Positions 42,633 through 52,151 are shown, counted from the stretch's first letter. The stretch is DNA of 64,000 nucleotides from an uncultured Collinsella sp. (GCA_902478365.1 CABSKX010000001.1:21342-85341), one strand, 5' to 3'. Made by a program: numbers and translations. Notes: generated from the sequence alone by a model not told the origin.

Positions 42633-43514
42633 TTACTGGTCAGTCGGCTTTGCGACGCCGGACTCATCGGACCAGAGCTCGACACCCTTGTTCTTAAGGT
42701 GGTTGTCGGCATAGGCGCGACGGCCGCCGGGCTTGGCGGTGAGGTCGCCCATCATGTTGGAGAAGCCGCCGTCGACCTTGATGGCGTCGCCGGTGGTAAA
42801 GTCCGAGCGCTTGGACGCCAGGAACATGACGGCGTTGGCGATATCGCTGACCTCGCCGATGCGGCGCGTGGCGATCAGGCGGCTGCGGCTCTTCTCGACC
42901 TCGGGGTCGGCGTAGAAGTTGGCCGACATGGGGGTCTTGACGAAGCAGGGCTCGACGCAGTTGGAGCGCACGCCGTAGGGACCCCATTCGGCAGCCAGCA
43001 TCTTGGACATCATGTTGACGCCCGCCTTGGTGGAGCTGTACACGCCCGAGAACGTCTCGGGGGAGTGGCTGGCAACGGTCGAGATGTGCACCAGGCGGCC
43101 CTGGCCGGCCTTGATCATCTCGCGACCAAAGCGCTGCGAGGTGATGAAGTAACCGGTGAGGTTGACGTTGAGCACCTGCTCCCAGTCGCTCAGCGGCAGG
43201 TCCTCCATGGCGGCGAAGCGCAGAATGCCGGCGGTGTTGACGAGAACGTCGACGCGGCCGAAGTCGGCGATGGTGGCATCGACGGCGGCCTGAACCTCGG
43301 CCTCGTCGGTGGCGTTCATCTTGTAACCCTCGGCGTGGATGCCAAACTCGGCGGCGAGGTCGGCGGCCGCGGCCTTGACCTTTTCCTCGTCCAGATCGAG
43401 CAGGACGACGTTGGCGCCGTTGCGGGCGAACTCGCGGCAAATCTCGACGCCCATACCGCCGAGTGCGCCGGTCACGGCGCAGACATCGCCCTCGAGCTTA
43501 AGCCAGTTGCTCAT
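42633..43514 (-). CDS. SDR family oxidoreductase with a roughly 40-aa C-terminal extension
   Basis: Cofactor motif is TGALGGMG. Also present are NTAGI and the catalytic YSSTKAG (Y-x3-K). Confidence 0.85.
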   Translation of the reverse strand: MSNWLKLEGDVCAVTGALGGMGVEICREFARNGANVVLLDLDEEKVKAAAADLAAEFGIHAEGYKMNATDEAEVQAAVDATIADFGRVDVLVNTAGILRFAAMEDLPLSDWEQVLNVNLTGYFITSQRFGREMIKAGQGRLVHISTVASHSPETFSGVYSSTKAGVNMMSKMLAAEWGPYGVRSNCVEPCFVKTPMSANFYADPEVEKSRSRLIATRRIGEVSDIANAVMFLASKRSDFTTGDAIKVDGGFSNMMGDLTAKPGGRRAYADNHLKNKGVELWSDESGVAKPTDQ

Positions 43515-43747
43515 AGGAATTTCCCTTCTTGTGCCTCCTTGTGGGTCGTTCCCATTAATCGACCCACGTGGTTTTCGCAGGTTATCGTATGCTTTGCATT
43601 TGCGCAGGTGAATTGCATATTTGTTAGAATAGCGTTAACCGTAGGTTTATAGCTTACAAGACGATGTGTCCTTAATTGAGTGTGTGACCTGCCGAAACGA
43701 CCCCCTTTGGCAGTTCATTGCCATACGTCTGGAAACAGGAGATTGAC

Positions 43748-44626
43748 GTGTACGATCGACGACTCGAGGCCATATCGGCCGCCGCTGAGTTGGGAAGCTT
43801 CTCGCGGGCGGCGGCACAATTGCGCGTGTCGACCCCGGCGCTCGTCAAACAGGTGTCGGGTTTCGAGGCCGAGTTCGGCATCACGCTGTTCGAACGCTCG
43901 CATTCGGGTGTTAAGGTGACGCCGGCGGGCGCTCTGCTGGTGGACGACGCGCGCTCGATCATGCGGCAGTCCGAGGACGCGCTGCGCCGCGCCCGACGCG
44001 CGGCGGGCGATGGCGGTGCCGTGCGTCTGGGTGTGTCGATGATGTGCCCGGGGCGCCAAACGCTGTCGATGTGGTCGGGCGTACGCGAGCTGGAACCGTC
44101 GCTGCGATTTGAGATCGTGCCGGTAAGCGACCTCTATGACGAGCGCGAGACCGTCATGCGCAGCCTCGGTCGTGAGGTCGATGTGGTGCAGTCGAGTTTT
44201 TCGACCCCGCGCTGGGGTGACGCCTGCCAAAAGCTCCGCATTGTCAACGTGCCGTTTTATATCGACCTGCCGCGCACGAGCCCGCTGGCGCGCAAGAATC
44301 GCATTACGGTCGCCGACTTGGAGGGTATGCGTCTGCGCGTGCTCCGCCACGGCAACGACGCTATGGACAGCCTGCGTATCGATCTTTTGGCAGACGGCGG
44401 CGTGGACGTGATCGATGTGGATAGCTTCGACTTTGCGCTCTTTAACGAGGCGGAGGAAAAGGGTGACGCGGTGCTCACCTGCGGCGCATGGTCGGGGGTG
44501 CACCCGGCCTTTGTGGGCGTACCGTTCCTGTGCGGCCGCGAGGTGCCGGTCTTTTTGCACTATCCGCTCGAGCCGACCCTCCAAGTACAAAAATTCATCA
44601 ACGCCACGGCACAACTTCTCAAATAG
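43748..44626 (+). CDS. LysR family transcriptional regulator, divergent from the SDR-MFS-oxidoreductase operon
   Basis: HTH region is LEAISAAAELGSFSRAAAQLRVSTPALVKQVSGFEAEFGITLFER. The GTG at 43748 follows AGGAG. Confidence 0.8.
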   Translation: MYDRRLEAISAAAELGSFSRAAAQLRVSTPALVKQVSGFEAEFGITLFERSHSGVKVTPAGALLVDDARSIMRQSEDALRRARRAAGDGGAVRLGVSMMCPGRQTLSMWSGVRELEPSLRFEIVPVSDLYDERETVMRSLGREVDVVQSSFSTPRWGDACQKLRIVNVPFYIDLPRTSPLARKNRITVADLEGMRLRVLRHGNDAMDSLRIDLLADGGVDVIDVDSFDFALFNEAEEKGDAVLTCGAWSGVHPAFVGVPFLCGREVPVFLHYPLEPTLQVQKFINATAQLLK

Positions 44627-44669
44627 CCAAAAGAGTCCCGTCCCAAATTAGCTACCCTTTGCTACGGGT

Positions 44670-45761
44670 TTAGCGGTCCTCGCGTTGCGGCCCGGCTGCC
44701 TCGGCTGTCTTTACGCGGTTCTTGTCGATGTACATGTTTTTGTCGGCCTGAGAAAAGAGCTCACGCATCGTAGGCGGTTCATCAAAATCACTGGAAAGCG
44801 CGTAGCCCACCGCATAGCTGATAGGCATGTCGGGGTGAGCCCCGGAATACTCGTTCACGTTCGCGCGAATCCGAGCGAGACAGGATTCCACAGCGGCTCG
44901 GTCGGCATCCCACAGCACCGCGATAAACTCATCGCCGCCGTCGCGACCCACAAAGCACGTCTCCGACGCCACACTTCCCAGTTGTTGGGCAAAAGAGCGA
45001 ATGTATTCATCGCCCTTCTCATGGCCGAAGTTGTTATTGACCATATGCAGATTGTTAAGGTCGAAGACGCACACCGCAACGGGCGCCTCCGCGGAGACAG
45101 GTTGCTCCTGCCCCAAGACCTCCTCGCACTTGTTCTTGTTGGGCAGTCCTGTGGCTTCGTCGAGATAGACTTTGTTCTGCAGTTCGCGATTGAGCGCGGC
45201 AGTTCGCACCGCGCGAACAAGTTCGACCGCAAAGGTCGCCACCAAGCCCATGATGTCGATGATCACCAAGCCCTCGAGATAGTTGAGCGCCGACGCCTTC
45301 TCCTGAGAGTAGTCCTCTGCGAGTCGCGTAGCATCGTCGCAAATGCCAAAGAACTCCTCGCTCATGGAGATGATGTCGGTGTTCTCGTAGCCGACTTCGC
45401 GCACGCGGATGATCTCGGCGCAAAGCTCATCAAAATAATCTGCAAGCTCGGTCATCTTTGCCTGATACTCATCGTCGTCGAGACGGACGAGGTTGAGGTC
45501 GTCACTTCCGTAACGCAAACCGTTGATGTATGAATCCACGGCTTTGAGCAGGTCATCTTGAGGCTGGCCCGCATCCTCGAGCTTAACGATTCGCTGCGTG
45601 GTACCGCGCACCAGACCGGCGTAGTTGACCACACGCGCCGTGCCCTGGATATCGGAGACGAGCAGCATAACATTGATGAAGAAGAAGATGAGAACTGCCG
45701 TGAGCACCATCATGAGCAGACGCACCGCCTGGCCGGCCTTCTTGGCGACAGAAGTATTCAC
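44670..45761 (-). CDS. membrane-anchored diguanylate cyclase (PilJ/NarX-like N-terminal sensor helix bundle + GGDEF)
   Basis: TM helices flank ARVVNYAGLVRGTTQRIVKLE. The GGDEF domain has VGRDGGDEFIAVL. The GTG start follows AGGGGAG. Confidence 0.8.
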   Translation of the reverse strand: MNTSVAKKAGQAVRLLMMVLTAVLIFFFINVMLLVSDIQGTARVVNYAGLVRGTTQRIVKLEDAGQPQDDLLKAVDSYINGLRYGSDDLNLVRLDDDEYQAKMTELADYFDELCAEIIRVREVGYENTDIISMSEEFFGICDDATRLAEDYSQEKASALNYLEGLVIIDIMGLVATFAVELVRAVRTAALNRELQNKVYLDEATGLPNKNKCEEVLGQEQPVSAEAPVAVCVFDLNNLHMVNNNFGHEKGDEYIRSFAQQLGSVASETCFVGRDGGDEFIAVLWDADRAAVESCLARIRANVNEYSGAHPDMPISYAVGYALSSDFDEPPTMRELFSQADKNMYIDKNRVKTAEAAGPQREDR

Positions 45762-45951
45762 AAGTTCACTCCCCTAAATGACAAAAGAACAGGTAGCACG
45801 CAGTGTGCTGAAATTCATGGGTGGTTAACTCTACCATATGGGCCAGCAGCCTCAAACTGCAGCAGACGCTCGTCCAAATTGGCGTGACGCTTGCCTTGTT
45901 GTTCTTGACCTGGCCGCGCTATCGGACATGCTTCTGGTCTTGGATCACCAT

Positions 45952-46122
45952 GGGAAAGCTCATCCCGTTTTGTGCGTCTAGAGTGGGATGCGGCTTCCCA
46001 AAGGTGCCGTTAGGGGAAATCACATCCCGGTTTACCCCTTTGAAATGGGATGCCGTTTCCCGGAGGGGGTCCAGCGGGAAACGGCATCCCATTCTGGGCC
46101 CGAAAAGTGGGATACGGTTTCC
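45952..46122. repeat. second BIME-like array (6 alternating half-sites)
   Basis: Half-sites in order: gggaaagctcatccc, gggatgcggcttccc, gggaaatcacatccc, gggatgccgtttccc, gggaaacggcatccc, gggatacggtttcc. Confidence 0.85.
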
Positions 46123-46132
46123 GGCCGGCATG

Positions 46133-46166
46133 AAAAAGCCTCCGCAGCTCGTGTGGCTGCGGAGGC
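46133..46166 (-). terminator. rho-independent terminator of the MarR-ABC-ABC operon
   Basis: On the minus strand, stem gcctccgcagc / gctgcggaggc is followed by ttttt. Confidence 0.75.
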
Positions 46167-46293
46167 TTTATTCGTTGCGGCGCATTGTGTTTGGGTCGCT
46201 GAGATGAGTCGATTTGCCCCGAAAGAGGAGGGCATTGACCTTAGGGTCATGCCCGACGAATGAGCGGCAAATCGGCCATCTCGGCGAGCCGAA

Positions 46294-48213
46294 CTACTCC
46301 AGTTCAAACGCTCCGGTATAGAGCTGGTAGTAATACCCGCGCTTGGCGATCAGCTCGTCGTGGTTGCCGCGCTCGATGATGCGGCCGTGATCCAGACAGA
46401 TGATCGCGTCGGAGTTGCGCACGGTGGACAGGCGGTGCGCGATGACAAACGTCGTGCGGCCTTCCATGAGCTTGTCCATGCCGGCTTGCACGATGGCCTC
46501 GGTGCGGGTATCGATACTCGACGTGGCCTCGTCCAGAATCATTGCCGGCGGATCGGCGACGGCAGCACGTGCGATCGAAATCAGCTGGCGCTGGCCCTGC
46601 GACAGCTGTGCGCCGTTGCCGGTGAGCATCGTGTCGTAGCCGTCGGGCAGGCGGGTGATAAAGTCGTCCGCGCCGGCGAGCTTGGCTGCCGCGATGCACT
46701 CCTCGTCGGTGGCGTCCAGGTTGCCGTAGCGGATGTTATCCATCACGGTGCCGGTGAACAGGTTCACGTCCTGCAGCACGACGCCCAGTGAGCGGCGCAG
46801 ATCGGCCTTGCGGATCTTGTTGACGTTGATGCCGTCGTAGCGGATCTTGCCGTCGGCGATGTCATAGAAGCGGTTGATGAGGTTGGTGATGGTCGTCTTG
46901 CCCGCGCCGGTGGCACCGACAAACGCGACCTTCTGGCCCGGCTTGGCAAACACGGATACGCCGTGCAGCACCTCGTGGTCGGGCGTGTAGCCAAAGTCGA
47001 CGTTGTCCATGACTAGGTCGCCGCGCAGCGGCACGTACTCAATCTCGCCAGTTGCGCGGTGCGGATGCTTCCACGCCCACATGCCGGTGTGGTGGTCGGC
47101 CTCCTCGAGCTGCCAGGTGTCGGGGTTCACCTGCGCGTTGACGAGCGTCACGTAGCCTTCGTCGGCCTCGGGCTCCTCGTCGATGAGCTCAAAGATGCGG
47201 TCGGCGCCGGCGAGGCCCATGACCACGGCGTTGATCTGCTGCGAGATCTGACCGATCTGTCCGCAGAACTGCTTGGTCATGTTGAGGAACGGCACCACGA
47301 CGGCGATGGACAGCGTCATGCCCGAGATGCTCAGGTTGGGCACGCCCAGCGCCAGGAAAATGCCGCCGGCAAGGGCCACCAACACGTAGAGCAGGTTGCC
47401 CAGGTTCATAAGGATAGGCATGAGGATGTTGGCGTACATGTTGGCCTTCTGCGAGACCTCGAAGAGCTTTTCGTTGCGCTCGTCAAAATCGGCCTCGGCG
47501 GCAGACTCGTGGCAGAATGCCTTGACGACCTTCTGGCCGTTCATGACTTCCTCGATATGGCCCTCGACCACGCCGAGCTCGGACTGCTGCGCAATAAAGA
47601 AACGCGCGGAGTTGGAGCCGAGCAGCTTGGTCATAAAGGTCATAAAGACGACGCCGGCCACAATGACCAGGCACATCCACACGCTGTAGTACAGCATGAT
47701 AAAGAACACCGTGACGATGACGATGGTCGTCATGAGCAGGTTGGGCAGCGACTGGCTGATCATCTGGCGCAGCGTGTCGATGTCGTTGGTGTAGTGGCTC
47801 ATGATGTCGCCGCGCTGGTGCGTGTCGAAGTAGCGAATCGGCAAGTCCTGCATGCGGTTGAACATTTTCTCGCGCAGCTTCTCGAGCGAGCCCTGCGTGA
47901 CGATGGCCATGGCGCGGTTCCAGAACAGCGAGGATAGGATGCCGACGCCGTAGATGCAGGCGAGGGTGGTCACGAGCTGTGCGATCTTGGGCTGTGCGGC
48001 TTCCCAATCGCCCGACTGCCACGATTCGCTAATAATCTGCAGGGCGCTCTGAAGGAAGGTCGCGCCGATGGAGTTGATGATGGCGCAGAGCACCACGCCG
48101 ACGACGACGAGGGGCAAAAGCACGGGGTAGAAGCCAAAAAGCGTCTTGATGAGGCGCGTCATGGTGCCACCCTTGCGGTTGAGCGCGCGCTCGGCGGTCG
48201 TTGCCTTACTCAT
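46294..48213 (-). CDS. ABC exporter, fused permease/ATPase, consensus-site subunit
   Basis: The ATG at 48213 overlaps the upstream stop (ATGAGTAA). Walker A GATGAGKTT, Walker B MILDEATSSID, altered signature LSQGQRQL. Confidence 0.9.
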   Translation of the reverse strand: MSKATTAERALNRKGGTMTRLIKTLFGFYPVLLPLVVVGVVLCAIINSIGATFLQSALQIISESWQSGDWEAAQPKIAQLVTTLACIYGVGILSSLFWNRAMAIVTQGSLEKLREKMFNRMQDLPIRYFDTHQRGDIMSHYTNDIDTLRQMISQSLPNLLMTTIVIVTVFFIMLYYSVWMCLVIVAGVVFMTFMTKLLGSNSARFFIAQQSELGVVEGHIEEVMNGQKVVKAFCHESAAEADFDERNEKLFEVSQKANMYANILMPILMNLGNLLYVLVALAGGIFLALGVPNLSISGMTLSIAVVVPFLNMTKQFCGQIGQISQQINAVVMGLAGADRIFELIDEEPEADEGYVTLVNAQVNPDTWQLEEADHHTGMWAWKHPHRATGEIEYVPLRGDLVMDNVDFGYTPDHEVLHGVSVFAKPGQKVAFVGATGAGKTTITNLINRFYDIADGKIRYDGINVNKIRKADLRRSLGVVLQDVNLFTGTVMDNIRYGNLDATDEECIAAAKLAGADDFITRLPDGYDTMLTGNGAQLSQGQRQLISIARAAVADPPAMILDEATSSIDTRTEAIVQAGMDKLMEGRTTFVIAHRLSTVRNSDAIICLDHGRIIERGNHDELIAKRGYYYQLYTGAFELE

Positions 48214-50020
48214 GTGCCTCGCCTCCTTCCTGGGTCTGAGCTTGCGTTGCGGATGCCTCGGTGTCAGCCTCGACGGTCCCTTCGCCCTCAGCAGACATCT
48301 TGTTTTGCGAGGTGAAGGTCTCGCGGTAGATCTCGCTCGTCTTGAGAAGCTCGTCATGGTTGCCGACCTGAGCGATACGTCCGCCCTCCATGACGATGAT
48401 GCGGTCTGCGTCCTGCACGGAGCTGATGCGCTGGGCGATGATGAGTTTGGTCGTGTTGGGCAGATAGCTTGCCAGCCCTGCGCGAATCTTGGCGTCGGTC
48501 TTGGTGTCGACGGCGCTGGTGGAGTCGTCCAGGATCAAGATCTTGGGGCGACGCAGCAGGGCACGCGCAATGCACAGGCGCTGCTTCTGACCGCCGGAAA
48601 CATTGGAGCCGCCCTGTTCGATCCAGGTGTCATAGCCCTTGGGGAAGCCGTCGACAAACTCATCGGCGCAGGCCAGATGTGCCGCCTCGCGGACTTCCTC
48701 GTCGGTGGCGTTCGGGTCGCCCCAGCGCAGGTTCTCGGCGATGGTGCCGCTAAACAGCACGTTTTTCTGTAGCACCATGGCCACTTGGTGACGCAGGGCG
48801 TCTAGGTCGTAGTCGCGCACGTCCATGCCGCCCACGCGCACGGTGCCTTCGGTGGCGTCGTACAGGCGGGCGATGAGGTTTACAAGCGTGGACTTGGCCG
48901 AGCCAGTGCCGCCGATGATGCCGATGGTCTCGCCGCTCTTAATGTGCAGGTCGATATCGTCGAGCGCCTGGCGCTTCGCATGCGCGGAATACTTAAAGCT
49001 CACGTGGTCAAAGTCGATGGAACCGTCGGCAACCTCGAGCACGGGCTCGGCGGGATCGGCGATCGTGGGCTCGGCGGCCAGCACCTCGGTAATGCGGTGC
49101 GCCGATTCGTCGGCCATGGTCACCATGACAAAGATCATCGACAGCTGCATCAGGCTCATAAGGATCTGGAAGCCATAGGTAAAGATCGAGGAGAGCTGGC
49201 CCACGTCGAACAGCGTGCCCTGGCTCGTGATGATGAGCTTGGATCCCAGGTAGATGATGACGACAAATGCGCCGTTGACGCAGATGTTCATCATGGGGTT
49301 GTTAAAGGCGAGCAGCTTCTCGGCGCGGGTGAAGTCCATCTGGACGTCGCGCGCGGCGGTGGCGAACTTCTCCTTCTCAAAGTCTTCGCGCACGTAGCTC
49401 TTGACCACGCGCATGCCGGTGACGTTTTCCTCGACGGACTCGTTAAGGGCGTCGTACTTGTGGAACACGCGCGAGAAGATGGGGCGTACCTTAAAGATGA
49501 TAAAGAACAGTCCAAAGCCCAGCAGCGGAATGATGACCAGGTAGACCATGGCGACGCTGCCGCCCATGATAAATGCCATGGTAAAGGCGAAGATCAATAC
49601 CAGCGGCGCGCGCACGGCGATACGGATGATCATCATAAAGGCCTGCTGCACGTTGTTGATATCGGTGGTCAGGCGCGTGACGAGCGAGGAGCTCGAGAAC
49701 TCATCGATGTTGGCAAAGCTGAACGTCTGGATCTTGTAGAACAGGTCGTGACGCAGGTTCTTAGCGAAGCCGCAACTCGCATGGCTGCAGGTGACGCCGG
49801 CAGCGGCGCCAAAAGCAAGCGACGTCAGCGCGATGAGCACCAAAAAGCCCGCGGTGGGAAGCATCTCGGCTACGGTGGTGCCATCTTTGATGGCGTCGAT
49901 CAGGTTGGCGGTGATAAATGGAATCAGCATCTCGCAGAGCACCTCGCCAAGCACGAGCAACGGCGTGGCAACGGTGACTTTTATATAGTCGCGGATGCTG
50001 CCCATGAGGGTTTTAATCAT
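48206..50020 (-). CDS. ABC exporter, fused permease/ATPase, degenerate-site subunit
   Basis: Walker A GGTGSAKST, signature VSGGQKQR, Walker B ILILDDSTSAVD. The start overlaps the marR stop (ATGATTAA). Confidence 0.9.
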   Translation of the reverse strand: MIKTLMGSIRDYIKVTVATPLLVLGEVLCEMLIPFITANLIDAIKDGTTVAEMLPTAGFLVLIALTSLAFGAAAGVTCSHASCGFAKNLRHDLFYKIQTFSFANIDEFSSSSLVTRLTTDINNVQQAFMMIIRIAVRAPLVLIFAFTMAFIMGGSVAMVYLVIIPLLGFGLFFIIFKVRPIFSRVFHKYDALNESVEENVTGMRVVKSYVREDFEKEKFATAARDVQMDFTRAEKLLAFNNPMMNICVNGAFVVIIYLGSKLIITSQGTLFDVGQLSSIFTYGFQILMSLMQLSMIFVMVTMADESAHRITEVLAAEPTIADPAEPVLEVADGSIDFDHVSFKYSAHAKRQALDDIDLHIKSGETIGIIGGTGSAKSTLVNLIARLYDATEGTVRVGGMDVRDYDLDALRHQVAMVLQKNVLFSGTIAENLRWGDPNATDEEVREAAHLACADEFVDGFPKGYDTWIEQGGSNVSGGQKQRLCIARALLRRPKILILDDSTSAVDTKTDAKIRAGLASYLPNTTKLIIAQRISSVQDADRIIVMEGGRIAQVGNHDELLKTSEIYRETFTSQNKMSAEGEGTVEADTEASATQAQTQEGGEAHE

Positions 50021-50516
50021 CCAGTTCCTCCCAGGTTACACGGATTTTCTCGAGCATTTCGGCGAGCTGCTCGCGCTCGTCGTGGGTGAGGGCACCAAAG
50101 GCCTGCTCTCTAAAGCGAATGCGGGCTGCCTGGTCGATGCGGGCGTTTTCCCGGCCGGTTTCGGTCAGGCGAATGGTGAGCTGCCGTCGATCCTTGGGGT
50201 TACGGCTGCGCTCGATGAGGCCGTTGAGCTCGAGTTTGGACAGGATCTCGGAAAGCGACCCCGGCTTGAGGTCAAAGTGCATGCCGAGTTCCTGCTGCGA
50301 CATCTCGCCGCCGGGTTGCTTGGCCAGCAGGCAGATGATGGGCGCCTTGCCGGACACGCCTCCGCCATGAAAATGCATGTAATGGCCGCAAAAGCCCAGG
50401 CCGCTCAGGATGCGCTTGGCGAGTTTGTCTTCGGCGCTGACCGCTTCGGGTCTGTCTACCGGTTGCGACGGGTCACCGCCGGGCTCATGTGGAAGGACGA
50501 GTGGTTCAACACACAT
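50013..50516 (-). CDS. MarR family transcriptional regulator
   Basis: Sequence SQQELGMHFDLKPGSLSEILSKLELNGLIERSRNPKDRRQLTIRLTETG. Confidence 0.85.
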   Translation of the reverse strand: MCVEPLVLPHEPGGDPSQPVDRPEAVSAEDKLAKRILSGLGFCGHYMHFHGGGVSGKAPIICLLAKQPGGEMSQQELGMHFDLKPGSLSEILSKLELNGLIERSRNPKDRRQLTIRLTETGRENARIDQAARIRFREQAFGALTHDEREQLAEMLEKIRVTWEELDD

Positions 50517-50537
50517 ATCTAAGCTTCGCTTCTTTCT

Positions 50538-50573
50538 TTAGTTAGGTAGTGGAATTGTTTTGTGCCTAACTAA
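50538..50573. promoter_or_regulatory. candidate MarR operator
   Basis: A perfect 9-bp inverted repeat TTAGTTAGG-N18-CCTAACTAA lies 22 bp upstream of the marR start, in an AT-rich patch. Confidence 0.4.
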
Positions 50574-50963
50574 TCTAGGAGCATAAGAAATCAATGTCAA
50601 GGTACCAAACTTATTAAGTTACGGAGTTTTGCCAAACGCCGTAACCGCTCGACGCTGCAAACGTTCCTAAGCGGCAATCTGGCGTTCAATCGTCGGGCAT
50701 GGCCACAAGGCCTATGCCCTCCTCTTTCACGCCACCTTGCTCGCTTAGGAACGTTTTCGCTGTCCGTCCTCAACCTGTGATTCCGCCACGGTCCGTTTCG
50801 GTGCATGCAATCCCTTGGGGACGGAGGAAAAGGGATCATTTTCCGTAACCTTTCCGCAACAATTTGCCCTTCGCACTGCTCGACTCCGCTCGCAACGTCC
50901 CCTGCGCTACACTTAGTTGCACTGTGGCGCCGTTGCGCCGCGCCCGATCCAAGGGGGACACTC

Positions 50964-51788
50964 ATGAAGAATACTCAGCTGCTGCTGATCAACGATATGT
51001 GCGGCTACGGCAAGGTCGCGCTTTCCGCCATGCTGCCGGTGCTGTCGCACATGGGCTACCGTATCCATAACCTGCCGACGGCGCTCGTTTCCGACACGCT
51101 TAACTACCCCAAGTTCTACATCCACGACACCACCGAGTACGTGCGCCAAAGCCTCGCTATCTGGGAGGAGCTCGGCTTTGAGTTCGACGCCATCTCGACC
51201 GGCTTTATCGTGACCGAGGAAGAGACACGCATCATCTCGGACTTTTGCCACCGCCGTGCGCAAAAAGGCACCAAGGTATTCGTCGACCCCATCATGGGCG
51301 ATAACGGCAAGCTCTATGCCGGCGTGCCCGAGTCGACCATCGGACTCATGCGCAGCCTGGTCGAGTGCGCCGACTACGCGGTGCCCAACTATACCGAGGC
51401 GTGCCTGCTCACCGATACGCCTATCGCCGAAGAGATTACGGCCGATGAGGCCCGCGCGCTCGTGGACGCTATGCTCGCGTTGGGCACCAAGTCGGTTGTC
51501 ATTACGAGTGCAAAGGTCGATGGGGCGAGTGCCGTCGTCGGTTACGATCATGTGGCGGGGGAGTACTTTGAGATTCCGTTTGAGCTGATCCCGGTGTACT
51601 TCCCGGGCACGGGCGATACGTTCTCGGCCGTGTTGATGGGTCGCGTGATGAGCGGTTGGAGTCTGCAGCGCGCGACGGCCGATGCCATGCGTGTGGTGGC
51701 TGAGCTTATCGAGCGCAATGCCGACCAAGAGGACAAATCGGCCGGCCTTCCCATCGAGGCCTGCCTGGATGTGATCGACCATGAGTAA
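50964..51788 (+). CDS. pdxK: pyridoxal/pyridoxine/pyridoxamine kinase family protein
   Basis: Sequence LLINDMCGYGKVALSAMLPVLSHMG...DPIMGDNGKLY...PGTGDTFSA. The ATG at 50964 follows AAGGGGGA. Confidence 0.8.
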   Translation: MKNTQLLLINDMCGYGKVALSAMLPVLSHMGYRIHNLPTALVSDTLNYPKFYIHDTTEYVRQSLAIWEELGFEFDAISTGFIVTEEETRIISDFCHRRAQKGTKVFVDPIMGDNGKLYAGVPESTIGLMRSLVECADYAVPNYTEACLLTDTPIAEEITADEARALVDAMLALGTKSVVITSAKVDGASAVVGYDHVAGEYFEIPFELIPVYFPGTGDTFSAVLMGRVMSGWSLQRATADAMRVVAELIERNADQEDKSAGLPIEACLDVIDHE

Positions 51789-52110
51789 TGCTGGCGAGGG
51801 CGGCATCAAGCCTGCGGGCGATAACAAGCCGCTCGGCGCGCCGCGTGGCAAGCGTCCGCGTATCCGCGTGAGCTGCGTGGACCAGCTGGGTGCGTGCCGC
51901 TGCCACCATGGTCACAAGCCGGGCGACGTTTTTGACTTCGACCGAGACCGCGGCAAGATGTGCGCCATGGCCTGCCATGTGGGCTTTCCCTATATCGATA
52001 TCCTGCGCTATGGCGGAACCGTGCCTGGCAACGAGCCCGGCACGGCAAAGTTCTGCTGCCCCGAGGTCGATACACTGAACGTCTGGCTTGCCGAGATCGT
52101 TGACGAGTAG
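51781..52110 (+). CDS. small Cys/His-rich protein, TIGR04076-like family
   Basis: Sequence CRCHHGHKPGDVFDF...KMCAMACHVGFPYIDILRYGG...KFCCPE. The start overlaps the pdxK stop (ATGAGTAA). Confidence 0.6.
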   Translation: MSNAGEGGIKPAGDNKPLGAPRGKRPRIRVSCVDQLGACRCHHGHKPGDVFDFDRDRGKMCAMACHVGFPYIDILRYGGTVPGNEPGTAKFCCPEVDTLNVWLAEIVDE

Positions 52111-52118
52111 TCGAGCGC

Positions 52119-52151
52119 AATGTGGCAAAGGGACAGCCCCTTTGCCACATT
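52119..52151. repeat. palindrome of the GACAAAGGG family
   Basis: Sequence aatgtggcaaagggacagcccctttgccacatt. Confidence 0.9.

Noticed and set aside
40062-43652. 1196-aa ORF on the plus strand spanning 3.6 kb
   Set aside because: It is antisense to three minus-strand genes that have clear family motifs and RBSs: Gfo/Idh/MocA (GAGAMG), MFS, and SDR (TGALGGMG, YSSTK). Its translation is low-complexity and G/A/D/H/R-rich, which is a typical stop-poor antisense frame in GC-rich DNA.
50590-50963. Known riboswitch (TPP or another class) upstream of the pyridoxal/HMP-type kinase
   Set aside because: I found none of the conserved cores I know, for example CTGAGA...ACCTGATCTGGATAATGCCAGCG for TPP. 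The region is kept only as an unassigned structured region in the findings.
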